Assembly (NCBI GenBank): GCA_964016885.1
Contig: OZ024744.1
Coordinates: forward strand, 52,762,001 to 52,826,000
DNA length: 64,000 nt
Direction: 5' to 3'
Source: Eledone cirrhosa
Lineage: Eukaryota
Part shown: piece by piece, positions 28,891 through 42,769 of the stretch
Numbering within the stretch: position 1 is the first letter of the stretch
How the letters are laid out: each line of letters begins with the position of its first letter
Position numbers and translations under genes: made by a program
Notes under the pieces: generated by a model
Seen by the model: only the letters and a program-made list of their open reading frames with translations
Told to the model about the DNA's origin: nothing
Databases searched by the model: none

Positions 28891-30832
28891 CGCATTATGT
28901 CGTTCATTATTTGAAATTGATAAATATTTTTGTACCTTATGCTATTTTAATGTTAATACACTATTTTTTATGACATTCATCATACTTTTGTATACATTTA
29001 ACAACAACAGTGAGTGCCAGTCAGCAATTATATAATATCAAATATATTATATATAAACATATAAATATATTATATATATAAACATAGATATATGTGGTAT
29101 CTTGATAAGCAAAGATGAGGGAGAAAAACTGATTTCGACCTCACTATTCTAAAACAGCTCTAAAATCTATGTCACTGAACGCCGTGTTCTCCACGATAAT
29201 GTCACGTTGATTCGCACGGAGAGATTACGTTACAAATACATATTTATGTGGAATACTCAACAATCTACGCGTTAATTCACGAGTTGGACATTCAGTTGAT
29301 CCAACAATTTAATTCTATCGCCGAAACCGATGAAGGAACCATCTGATATCCCAGAAATTAGGATGGGATGGTCGTGGTTGGATTAATATTATTCGTATGT
29401 CTGATAGATCATGGATAAATAACATCAACAGAAATTGCTTCCAATGTAATTGATCTAGCGTGGTACAATTTCCGCCATTTTTTGTTTTACAATGAATCTT
29501 ACAGAGTGACAGTTAATTAAATATAATATGTCGATTAATAGGTACCAGCCTAGAACTGGGGTGGAATCTTCCTCTATATCTCTTTATCACTTCCTTTCTC
29601 TCACTCTCTAGCCTTTTCTGGGAGACATCTACTATACTCGGACCTGGAGAGGAGATGGGCTCCACCAAGTTCAAAATCATACCCTAAGAAATGCCATATA
29701 CCAATATGGTGGCCATACGGCTCCCTACGGAGTTACGCGTCCATGCCATACGATACCATGTACATTAAATTGTTTCTATGTGACTGTTTGGTAAATTGTA
29801 TTATTTAGTTCGGAGTTGAACAATTATAGTAATTAAATATATCTTACATTCATATAATTACAAATTAAATTACAATAGTAAAACAAATGTTTATAATTTA
29901 CTAATGATAACTTATGAATGTTAAGAAAGGTTTAGCAATTTTATTCGTTTAAAACAGAAGAAAAAAGATGTATATAACTATATAAAACAACTATTTGAAA
30001 CTATAATCATTCTTGTTATGATAAACTTCGTAATATTTTTTAGCTATAGCTTTTGTATCTGTTAATTTTGTTGTTTTTACAAAACTCTAGTAAAGGAAGA
30101 AGGTTTCAATATCCTTTAGAATTGTTCATTTTTTTCTATTCTTTATTTTTTTCCTTTTGGTCATGGTTTCAAACTTGGTCGATAAAAAAAAAAAAAATTA
30201 GATTTGCAAAAGTCAATATGTACAATGTGTTCAGGTCGATTGTTTTGGCTAATTTGCAGTGCGTGCTCTGTGCGGCGACAAGTCGACTAGTTGTTGTCGG
30301 TATGTCGCCATTCCCAGGGTCTGTTCACACGTCCAGACTTATTATTTGTCTTTTACCGGTGCCTTGTTGATTAATTGGGTGAAACAGACAGAACTCCAAT
30401 GCAAACTAAAACAACAACAATAGCAAAAAATATAACAAGAAGAACAAGAAGACCTGTTGCCAAAAAAAAAAAAAACGGTGAAGCTACAAGGTTGTGTCAA
30501 GAGAGCGTCAGGGAAATAGAGTGGCATTGCCAAATAAAAACATTGGGGAGTTACAATCATGTTCGGGGAGGAGGTGGAGAGAAGGGGGCGGGGTTATAGA
30601 AAGAAAAACGAGAGAAATTGAGAGAGAGAGAGGGAGAGATACACAGGATAGAGAGGGAGAGAGATATAGAGAGAGGGGGATAGAGAGGGATAGAGAGAGA
30701 GAGATGGGAGAGAGAGGGAGAGAGAGAGCGGGGATAGAGAGAGATGATAAAGAGGGGGAGATAGAGATGGAGAGAGAGGGGGTAGGGAGGGGGAGAGAGA
30801 GATACAGAGAAGGAGATATAGATAGCGATAGG

Positions 30833-30868
<36 letters not shown>

Positions 30869-31175
30869 TATAGAAAGAGGGAGATAGAAGAGGATATCGG
30901 AGGATTTTTACTCACTCGATCGAAAAGTAGGTTTAACGACCGAGTTAAAAAACACACAACATCATACACCCTCCCACAAAACAACTGAAATTTACAGACA
31001 ATTGATTACAAGGTACATAACCTTGTTAAAACTTCCAGACTTGATTCTGGAGATCACTATTGTATATATTGTGGTGTTTATAGTTGTTGCTCTTCTTGAC
31101 GATGATGATATTATTGTCTTAAGTGTTATTTGTCGCTCTATATCGAATATATTGAATGTCAACACTAACAATTAT

Positions 31176-31259
<84 letters not shown>

Positions 31260-32747
31260 AGTGTATATATTTATATATATATGCACAAACAACACACACA
31301 CATACACAAATATATATATATTTCCTTATTATTATTATTAAATCAGGGATAGTGTAGATATGATTGTATGCCAAGAAGTTAATAGTTTCAAATCTGAAAG
31401 TTTAAGATCACATTTTTTTCTTCCTATTTCAGGATTTTGGCAGCCTTTATTTGTTTTCGTTTATAAATTAATTAACTTGATTTGATCTGGGATATATCCT
31501 ATAAAATGTATCGATATTAAGGGATCATATCCCATATCCAATACAATTCAGGTTTTATCAGAAATGTTAAAGCCAGCTAAATAAAATCGCGTACTTTTTG
31601 CAGTATCTCATCACTGTTTTCGTGTCTACTAAATCTTTAAGTACATGGAAGCTAGGAAAAGATTCAACAAGAGAAACCTCTGTTTTACAGCTTCGCTTGT
31701 TTCCTATTTTCTTTTTCGTTTTCTTTGGTATAATCTGCCTCATATTGGCCTTCAATACTTGAAATTTTATTTCGTTATTCTATCTTTTCTCCTTTTTATC
31801 TTTTTCATTTTAGTTTTTCGCTTTTTTCTTTACTTTTATTACTTGTCTCACTAGCTCTTTTTGATTACCAACTGTAAGGAGTACTCGATACTTCCCCTAG
31901 TCTGTCTTGACTTACTAGCTCTATACGGACGTTTAAATTGAATAAATAAATAAATAAATGTTATATTGCTGAGCAGTTGGAATGGATTTCCGTCTGTTTG
32001 GAATGGAGAGTTGCAATTATTCGAAGAACGAAACAGCTTTTTCAAGGAATTATTTGAACATGACTGAACACTCCAGACACCATGCAAATCTCGTTTTCTT
32101 CTGCCAGGTGTAACAATTGACAAATAGGGCCAGGAATGGAAAGACCAACGGAAACATTATTATTTTGGTTGTCATCTTTCTGCGGCTGACAAATAGCATC
32201 AGTATTGGAATGACCAATGGAAAGACAGTTTCCTTGCTCCAATCTGAGAATTGGCAGCTTTCTTGTCAGTGTTCAGATATCAACAATGGAAAGACAAATG
32301 GACATTGTTTTTATTGAACTGATATGACAATCGGATCTTTATCTTTCTGATGTAGGTAAAACTGCAGTTTACGGTGTGGGGCATACAGGATTTGCCGTGA
32401 CTATTTCACTAACAAAGGTATAATCAGATTTACGCGATAAAAGGCAGGAGACATTTGACATAAGATATCTCGAGCTAGATTAACAACATACAACGTACGT
32501 CTGTTAGCATATTGCTATATAAAGCAAGATACTTCTAGAACTCGACATATTCTACCCAGTCAATAATATACGGGTGTGCTAATACTACCTGAGGCTTCAA
32601 AGCTGAATGTTCATTGTCTAAAGACATGATAGATTGAATAATTTGTCGACAGCATAATCATGTGTCACACACATATCGATAGATAATCGTGGGTTTGTGA
32701 TCATGTGTGCGTAAATGCTCTTATGGATTAATATATATATATATAGA

Positions 32748-32788
<41 letters not shown>

Positions 32789-32791
<3 letters not shown>

Positions 32792-34320
32792 AACGAGTAG
32801 GACCCCGACGGCTGAGCTCAAGCCGTTTCGACGGCTAATTCTGGACTAAATTAAAAATGTTATCCTGGTTTATGAATAGCCGAGCTTCTCAGGGGGTAAT
32901 TCCATATATGGTAAAAGTGATTGTCACAAGGATTAGTCAAAAGTCTGTTGTTGAGACACATAATTCTATCATGGCAATTTGTGGAAGGAAGGGGTAGCTG
33001 AACCTGCCAGTAGAAGAAAGAAGAAGAGGGGGTGGAGGAAACGCTGTCTTTTATAGCTTTTTATCGCTTCCTCTATATTTCCTTCTTCACCCCATCCCTT
33101 CCTAGTCCTTCCACCCCAGTCCTCTTTCTTTGTCGTCGTCCTTTTCACTTTCTCGCCCACCCGAGGCAGCCCTCGGTCCTTTGTAGCCTCAGTACCGCTA
33201 CGCCCTTCCCCTATTCTATGATAGAATTGGCCGACTCCGCTTTTTATAGCAGATGTGATAGACCCCGGATACTTGCTTTCTTATCCGATGGCTGCCCCTT
33301 TTCCGTGCTTTCTACATTTCTTAGTGGTATCTTTGCTTTAATTTCTCGTATATCAGTATTTTGTGTGTGTGGGGGGGGGATTCTGAATTAATTTTCCATA
33401 TCAAATTTTTCTTATACTTCGTACGAGCATTTATTTAGTTTGCACTAGAATTTTTGTATCGTAGCGGCACCCTTAGAGATAGTATTAGTATTCTTTTTCG
33501 GGATTCTGATTTATTATTTCGTATTAGTTTATTTTTTGCACTGGGTGGTTGCTGGACTTGTGCCTAGGGTAGAAACAATTATTTCGTATTGGTTCGGGAC
33601 TCTGAATTATTATTTCGTGGTAGTTTCTTTAGTATTTTGGCCCCCCACTTGTTGACCCGTCACCGTAAGATATACTCGGTTGATTACTACTACCTCTTAA
33701 AAGGGTCTCATTATAATTACGTCCCACTTAGTAAACTTTTCTATAGTCTAGCAGTACCAGTGAGAGACTTGATGGCTGTCGTTAGGGAATAGTAACCAGT
33801 AATTGTTTTTTTATTTTTTTTATTTTTATATTTAATTGTTTTTTTTAACTTTCTCGGTATTCTTCTATATATTTACCCCATATTGTTTTACTTTTTGTTT
33901 CGACTTCCTCTCCCTCCCCCTCCCTAGTATACTTGCTTGACCTCCTGCCCTGCTGTAGTTGGCACTATTAAAGCACGACTGGGTTTCCTCCACCCCTCTC
34001 CCTCTTTCTTCTACTGGCAGGTTCAGCTACCCCTTCCTTCCACAAATAGCCATGATAGAATTATGTGTCTCAACAACAGACTTTTGACCAATCCTTGTGA
34101 CAATCACATTTACCATATATGGAATTACCCCCTGAGAAGCTCGGCTATTCATATACCAGGATAAACATTTTAATTTAGTCCAGAATTAGCCGTCGAAACG
34201 GCTTGAGCTCAGCCGTCGGGGTCCTACTCGTTCCTATTACCCACTCTACTACCCTAAGTATCGAGTATTTTGGTGCGTTATGGTCCACCTGGTTCCTTAC
34301 CACATTTCCTTCGTTATATA
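32789..34320 (+). mobile_element. Non-coding Penelope-style element with a roughly 255-bp inverted terminal copy, flanked by (TA)n
   Basis: 32789-33043 is the reverse complement of about 33983-34235. No credible ORF. HHR-like motif at 34127-34222. Confidence 0.7.
34127..34222 (+). ncRNA. Hammerhead-like motif with atypical core CTGAGAA
   Basis: Stem I ACCCC/GGGGT, stem II CGGCTA/TAGCCG, long stem III GAAAC GGCT..AGCC GTC, GUC triplet. Confidence 0.5.
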
Positions 34321-34469
34321 TATATATAAAATAAAATAAAATAAATAAGTCAAATGTTTAAAATTTGGCTTCGTGTATTACTACTATATATATTTCAGTG
34401 ACAGCCATCTTTGGCTGTGACATCTTCAGGCAGTCCGAATTAGTGTGGTAGAGACGAGTACACAAGTTG

Positions 34470-34590
<121 letters not shown>

Positions 34591-34800
34591 AATGTGTGTG
34601 TGTGTGTGTCAGGTTCAATCGGCGGTAACCACTGTAAGTAAGGTACTCAATACATAGCAGCGTATAAATATTTAATATAGAAATGGCTTCTACAGGACTA
34701 GAACTGTTTCATTCGAAGGAAATCATCTGGCCTTTCCTGATGATTTACTTCGAATAAAACAGTTCAAGTCCTGTAGAAGCCATTTCTTTCTCTCTCTCTC

Positions 34801-34839
<39 letters not shown>

Positions 34840-34847
34840 ACATGTAT

Positions 34848-35170
34848 ACATGAGGTGTTTCAAAGGAATATCCAACTTTATTTTTTTGAGAGAAGCAATG
34901 ACAGTAGAGGAATAAGAGTGGAGTGGAGTCGCATATGTTTGTGTAGAATTGGAACTAAAGCTGTCATCACAGTGAAATTATACAACGTCAACGTGGCCTC
35001 AAAATGCCCGTCATGTGTGAGGACTTACATCAAGAATCCGTACTGGAAGGATATACGATTACAAAGGAGTGCTATCATGAAATCTTCCGGCATCTTTGTG
35101 ATAGAGTTCTGCACAGGATACTGGCACTCGGGGATGCGCAAATCTCGTGGCTCCCTCATGACAACGCACT
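34848..35170 (+). pseudogene. Mariner/Tc1-like remnant
   Basis: TA-flanked start resembling a mariner TIR (TACATGAGGTGTTTCAAAGGAATATCCAACT) and WLPHDNA, similar to the HHDNA motif. Confidence 0.4.
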
Positions 35171-35436
35171 ATAGCATCTTCGCTGCAGTTGATCCAAAGT
35201 GTCGGACTTTAGGCTTCAATACGCTTATTGAGCGATCATAGTGCGGCATGATCCTTATATTAAATATATCGATATATTTAATATAAGGATCATGCCGCAC
35301 TATGATCGCTCAATAAGCGTATTGAAGCCTAAAGTCCGACAATTTGGATCAACTGCAGCGAAGATGCTAGTGCGTTGTCATGAGGGAGCCACGAGATTTG
35401 CGCATCCCGGAGTGCCAGTATCCTGTGCAGAAACTC
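35104..35436. repeat. Near-perfect spacerless palindrome with arms of about 166 bp
   Basis: Centre TATATC|GATATA at 35270/35271; arms are complementary with a few mismatches. Confidence 0.9.
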
Positions 35437-35604
35437 AATTCAAAGAAAATCAAGATTAGATTAATCCATAGAATTTTATGAAATCCAGGGAAAAATCAAT
35501 AGAGCCTTAACTCAGAATAAAATAAAGTTTAAATACTCATCCTTCAATTTGGAAAAACTACAAATGCTCTGTATAGTCTTAAAAAGACTATTTCGCGAAA
35601 CTTT

Positions 35605-35647
<43 letters not shown>

Positions 35648-36280
35648 AATATAATTTCAGCGAGATCGAATTTCGGCACTGTTCAAAAACAAAGCGAACG
35701 CAATTTTCGAGATATGCGGCATGCGCTCAATGGACTAAAAGAAGACTAGAGCAATAAACATAGGTTATAGAGGCCAAACAAACTGAAAACGGCGGCCAAG
35801 AAGCCATCAACCACCGAAGCCAAAAAAACGAAGCAATCTAAAGAAGTTAAACGAAAACATTTACCTGGACCCCCTGGAGTTGATGGTATAATCCAGTGAA
35901 CGGTTTCTGCGACACCTAAATCAATTATACTGCCTGCTTCCATATTAAGCTTTTGGTATAATGATCGAACAAGGCTGCCATTCGTCACCAGGTATTTTGT
36001 TCTCAGCCAGCGAGCGGGATCATAGCTGTAGTAATGTGTTGTAGTGATTAACCCACGTGTATTACCCTGCGAGGGAGGTAACACGAGTTTTCGGCGGATG
36101 AATTCATAATTAATGCAAGAATTGCAAAAATCAGTCAGGACCCCGTTTCGACAGTTAGATCCGGATCAAGCTGGCGAAACTGCAGTAACTCAGCCGTCGG
36201 GCCCTGACTCTTTTCTTATATATATACATATATACATATATAAATAATTACAACAGTGACATAAAGTCGTCCTATGAAAC

Positions 36281-36348
<68 letters not shown>

Positions 36349-36354
36349 GAGGGG

Positions 36355-36408
<54 letters not shown>

Positions 36409-36459
36409 GAGAGGGGGAGAGAAACATTTATATACGCATGTATATATCATATTATATGT

Positions 36460-36645
36460 GTGAATTGGCAGTATCGGTAGAGGGTCGGACGCCATGCTTT
36501 GACGCATAGAGTTACGGCCCTTGCCATTCTGAGTTCAATCCCGCCGAGGTTGACTTTGCCTTTCATCCTTACGGGGTCGATAAAATAAAGTACCAGTAAT
36601 GTACTGGGTAATTGCTGGCCTTGTGCCAAAAATAGAAACAATTAT
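36460..36645 (+). mobile_element. tRNA-derived SINE, near full length
   Basis: TGGCAGTATCGG (A box), GAGTTCAATCCC (B box), body GACTTTGCCTTTCATCC..GGTCGATAAAATAAAGTACCAG, tail GGCCTTGTGCC..AGAAACAATT. Confidence 0.85.
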
Positions 36646-36736
36646 ATATGTATACACACATCATATATATAGTATAAATTCACAGATAAATACTAACTTC
36701 CACATTCACACACACGTTTGCATACATATATACAAT

Positions 36737-36772
<36 letters not shown>

Positions 36773-36774
36773 AG

Positions 36775-38843
36775 TAAGATGTATGGTAGGTCGTATGTGA
36801 ATCGCGATGATCACGTGGATAACACGACCACCATCTAAGCTGGGACCGACCCATACAGCAAACAAAGAGGGGACAGCCCTTCGCTTTTGACCAGTCGCGT
36901 GTGGACTTGGAGTTCGTAATATACCACCCCAGTCAAATCCACACTGGTGTTTTAACAATATAGCATGTAGACCAATACATCCTACGTAGCGAGACCTTGG
37001 ACTTGGAACCGGCAGGCTCGTCTATCGCGAAAGCGTACAACCCCTGAAACTAAAAGATCGAACGGACCTCATCCAGCAACCACTGGCTATTAGATCCACA
37101 GGTACATCTCCCAGAGAGTCCACGCAGATAATAGTGAACCCCAGGTGATCTATGAACGTTTAAACAAGACCAGCTGTGCCTGGAGCTATGCAGATGACTA
37201 CATTCGCATAATGGATATCGTGCCTGGAGCTATGCAGATGACTACATACGCATAATGGATATCGCGCCCACACGGTCACCAGTACTGTTCATCCTGTTGT
37301 ATGTATGTAAATATCCGTGCACGGGATATCCCTGAGTACATTTTCTTGACCATCAATTGTTAATCGATTGTTTGTTAATTAGGCAGGAATATACCATTGT
37401 GTCTGTGCTAATCCTATGTGTTGCTGTGTATGTGTAAAGTATAGCGCGGGATATCCCTGAGCTAATTTTGCCTGACTGTTAATAGTGTTTTGATTACTTG
37501 TTAATTGGGCAGGAATATATATTGTTATGTCTTTGTTGATCCTGTATCAATAATTTTGTGATAATTTTGTAATAATCTTGTGATAATTTTGTAATAATTT
37601 TATGATAATTTTATGATAATTTGATAATTTTGTAATAATTTTATGGTAATTTTATGATAATTAGATAATTTTGTAATGATTTTGTAATAATTTTTAATCC
37701 TGTATCAATAATTTTAGGATAATTTTTTGTGATAATACATCGTTTGATTACTGAAGCTACCTTATACCTTAACTAGGCAGGAATATATATTATTATGTCT
37801 TTGTTAATCCTGTATCAATAATTTTATAATAATTTTTTGTGATAATACATTGTTAGATTACTGAAGCTACCTTATACCTTCTTAAAAATACATTTTATAA
37901 TTATTGTCTTTTTGCTTATGTATTTTCTTATTTACCACTTTCTTTAATCTTGCCCAACTTGATAAACTCCTTGAATTGCTCCCTAATTAAATTACTTAAA
38001 TTACTTAGATTATTGTATCTATTATGCCTAAGTTGTATCTGTTGAAGCAGCCCTTTGAAAATTCCTCGGACATCCCAAAAACCGTAATTTTTAACTTTTA
38101 ATGTATAATTTTCCTCAATTCGTTTTTATATATATCCTTAAAGGCTCTCTAAAATTTTAATTCTTCGAAGGGTCTCTCGGAAGAAGTTCCTATTAAAAAT
38201 ATTAAAGGGGCCTTTTCTGAGAGAATTATAGAAGGCTCTCTGAATTAACCTCTAATTGATTAGTTTCTTTCAACTTAGTAGGAAATATCAAAACTTCGTA
38301 AGTTTTCTGAATTTTGTAAACGTGATCTCGGGGGAAGAAGGTTTTTTTCTTTCGGAAAAAAATTTTTTTTTCCTCTAGAAGGAATTTCATAGGAACTTTA
38401 TATATTTTTTTAGGGAAACTTTATATTTTTATTTTTTATTTTATTAGCCTCTTAATTTATTCTAGTCTAGTAGGTTTATTGGAGCCTGTAAGCTTTATGC
38501 ACTTATTGAGGGATTTTCTAAGGTGCTTCTACGGGACCCCAAGTCTTTTAGTTTACTGTTAATGCGTAAATTATATATTATTGTCTAATTTTTAAACTTC
38601 AATCCCTGACCCCGACAACGAATATAAAAGAGCCCCCTTAAAATATAGACACCAACTATACAAGCGGAGTTGCTGATGTATACCACAATTTCAAACTGCT
38701 AGCCTTGAGTGATACGTTGATGTTAACAATGATCTTACAATCACATGTTATATGCCTTGATAAGTCCCAACATGTGGTCGGACGAAACGGCTGTCGGCAA
38801 TAAACTTGTTATAATGTCATAATAGTTTCTTTGTTCTTTTTCA

Positions 38844-38848
<5 letters not shown>
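36775..38848 (+). mobile_element. Roughly 2.1-kb ORF-less element between (TA)n tracts, ending in a hammerhead
   Basis: Moderately GC-rich head, internal tandem duplications (43 bp at about 37176-37263; AGGCAGGAATAT repeats), and a terminal HHR. Confidence 0.55.
38753..38799 (+). ncRNA. Type I hammerhead ribozyme, U3-A8 core variant
   Basis: TGCC TTGATAA GTCC caacatgtggtc GGAC GAAAC GGCT GTC GGCA; all three stems pair. Confidence 0.75.
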
Positions 38849-38891
<43 letters not shown>

Positions 38892-39077
38892 TAGATAGAT
38901 ATGCAGAGGGTATATTTAATTTGTTAGGATTCAACCTTTCGGACACTCATTTGCATACTCACTCATAACTTTGTATTACCCTCAACAAATGTACTATCTC
39001 CACTATCCAGGAAGCTCCAACCGTTAAGGTTGTCTTTTTTCCGGGTATGTCAATATTTATTTATCAAACAAATCTGT

Positions 39078-39141
39078 ATTTTATCTGATGAAAGCGCACC
39101 ATAATTTGCATTGGTTGCCCTTGAAATATGTATAATAAAAT
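39078..39141 (+). ncRNA. Type I hammerhead ribozyme
   Basis: ATTTTAT CTGATGA AAGcGCACCA..TGGtTGCcCTT GAAATATGTATA ATAAAAT; self-complementary stem III, AUA triplet. Confidence 0.7.
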
Positions 39142-39453
39142 AAATATGGTTTTATAAATATAGTTTCTATTTATTAATATATTGTATATATATATATACA
39201 TGTTAGTGTGTGTGTGCATATATGCAATGCCGCTGAAACGGAATGTATATGTAGTCTAGCCCGCTGACCAGCTGTTCTGTGTCCTCGCTATTAAAAACAT
39301 TTGATTGTCACGTCGGCCATATTGGCTAATTCAGACAAGCTGCCACTTAATGAGAAAACAACTCCATAAAAATACTCAACGCTACTTGTGATCTACACAT
39401 CGATCATATTACCAATCCTCTACTTATTCCTTCCCTTACTCACACACTTTCAC

Positions 39454-39517
<64 letters not shown>

Positions 39518-39801
39518 ATATATATAGATATATATAGATATATATGTAGGTACAGAAGTTAGAAAATGGTATAAAAGCATATACATGAACACAAGTTCCA
39601 ACGAATACGTTACCTCGCACACATACATGCACACACACACACATATATATATACATACATACGTACGTAGATACATCCACGCATACATATATATACATAT
39701 GTACATACATGCATGCATAAATATATACATATATAGACACAAACATATATATATATATATATACACACATCTATATATCTATATACATATCTATCTATCT
39801 A

Positions 39802-39901
<100 letters not shown>

Positions 39902-40028
39902 CACACATCTATATATCTATCTATATATATATACACATACACATCTATATATATATATATACACATGCACATCTATATATATCTATCTAACTATCTAACT
40001 ACCTCTCTCTATTCCCCCTTTCTCACTA

Positions 40029-40103
<75 letters not shown>

Positions 40104-40180
40104 TTATATAGATATATATATATCTATATACTTATATAGATATATATATATATATATACTTATATAGAGATATATATATA

Positions 40181-40375
40181 TAACAAAGAGGGTGTGGTAA
40201 GATACCAGGCGGAACATAACGCACCAGAGTACTCGATACTTAGGGTAGTAGAGCCGGTCATAGGAAAATAGTCAGGACCCCGACGACTGAGCTCCGGCCG
40301 TTTCGACAGTTAGATCCGGATCTAGCTGTCGAAACTGCCGGAGCCCAGCAGTCGGGCCCTGACCCCTTTGTTATA
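40181..40375. mobile_element. Fold-back fragment related to 9728-9922 (also about 36130-36215)
   Basis: Inverted arms around TAGATCCGGATCTA; shared ATAACGCACCA..TACTCGATACTT motif; between (TA)n tracts. Confidence 0.65.
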
Positions 40376-40489
40376 TATATATATACATACATAAATAATT
40401 ACAACAGTGACATAAAGTCGTCCTCTGAACCATATATATATATATATATATGTAGATAAATCTACCATTGTTTATTCATTATTTGTTTA

Positions 40490-40655
<166 letters not shown>

Positions 40656-40699
40656 CAAATACATAGGTTAATGCACTTGTATACATGTATTCGTAATAT

Positions 40700-41463
40700 A
40701 CATGCATGTATACAAACAAGAAAACCGAACCCCCACACGTAAGCCACTCATAAATACACTTGCACATGTATACACACACACACATACACACATACACACA
40801 TGCACACATACACACACATATGTAAACTCGAGTATCTTTACAGACGATAATTCTCTCGGTGTTAATTTTACAATTTGCACATGCACACAATTAAAAAAAA
40901 TGCACACCTACATACAGATACATTTGCCTACACACACACACACGCACACGCACGCACGCACACACATTCACTCAGACACATGCACACAGACACACACACA
41001 CACACACACACACCATTACCTACACTCACATAATCTGACCGATATACACTTACATACACACGCTCGAAATATGTCATACCCTCACACCCATACACTGACA
41101 TACATGTAAACTTAGACACATAAACTTACACAGATGTCCACATATAGATACACACTCATACGCACATATGTACACATACATTCACGCACACCACCTACTC
41201 ACGTTCACACACAGTCTCTCTTTCACACACACATACATACACACACATACGCACACACTCACACACCCACACACACGTACGCATACACACCCATACACAC
41301 ACACACTCTCTCTCACACACACAAATACACACACACATAAACACAGACATACACACACACTCTCACACACACACACACAAATATACACTCAAACACGTAG
41401 AAACGCTAATACATAAACACAATACACACACACATAACACACATATACATCGAACCCCTCACA

Positions 41464-41510
<47 letters not shown>

Positions 41511-42197
41511 ATGGGTATACAGTTTACATAAATATTACATGTATTCGTTTGTGTGTGTGTATATGTTTGATGTATATATGTGTGTGGTGTGTTTGTGTAT
41601 GTGTCTGTGTGGTGTGTATGTGTGGTGTGTATGTGTAGTGTGTATGTGTGCTGTGTATGTGTATGTGTATGTGTGGTGTATATGTGTGGTGTGTATGTGT
41701 GGTGAGTATGTGTATGTGTGGTGTATATGTGTGGTGTGTATGTGTGGTGTGTATGTGTGATGTGTATGTGTGGTGTGTATGTGTATGTGTGTATGTGTAT
41801 GTGTCGTGTGTGTGTGATATGTATGTGAGGTGTGTATGTGTGGTGTGTATATGTATGTGTGGTTTGTATGTGTGATGTGTATGTGTGGTGTGTATGTCTG
41901 GTGTGTATGTCTGGTGTGTATGTGTGGTGTATATGTATGGTGTGTATGTATATGTGTATGTGTATACGTATGTGTGGTGTGTGGTGTGTATGTGTAGTGT
42001 GTATGTGTGTATATGTGTATGTGTGGTGTGTATGTGTGGTGTGTATGTATATGTGTATGTGTATATGTGTATGTGTATATGTGGTGTGCATGCGTTGTAC
42101 GATCGCCTTTTTTCTATTTCACACGTATAAACATGGTGTGTATGCGTGTCCGTCAGCGTGTGTGTATATATATGTGTACGTATGTGCGTGCGTGTGC

Positions 42198-42285
<88 letters not shown>

Positions 42286-42480
42286 CTGTGTGTTCTTATC
42301 TACATAATACCACAGCAATATGTCTTTGTACACTATTACATCCACAATCTTCTATGTTTGGTATGTGCATACATGTGTGCTGTGTATGGGTGTCCGTCAG
42401 CGTGTGTGTATATATGTGTATACGTGTGTACGTGTGTACGTGTGTGTGCGCGTATGCGTATGTGTGTGTGTGTGTGTGCA
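40700..42480. repeat. CA-rich then TG-rich degenerate dinucleotide block
   Basis: Direct sequence. HT/CV ORFs are artefacts. Confidence 0.9.
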
Positions 42481-42769
42481 TGAGTATGCTTATCTACATA
42501 TGAAGTGTATTTGTATTTGTGTTTGTTCAGGTAAATTTCACACAAGCTTTTGTACATATTTACCTATTGCATGTGACCGTGAATGCATTTGTTTGTTTGT
42601 GTATTCATTCTTATGTATCATGATACTTTTCATTCTCTCTCTCTCTCACCCGTCACTAAGTTATTATTATTCCTCTATTCCTGTATTCCCATCCAGTCTG
42701 GATTTATGCCTGTTTCTGCACTATTTTGTATTTATTCCTCCTAGGTGACATGACATTTTTTTCATCGGT

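Noticed and set aside
36460-36545. tRNA gene
   Set aside because: A and B boxes are present but spaced too widely, there is no cloverleaf, and the sequence continues into a SINE body.
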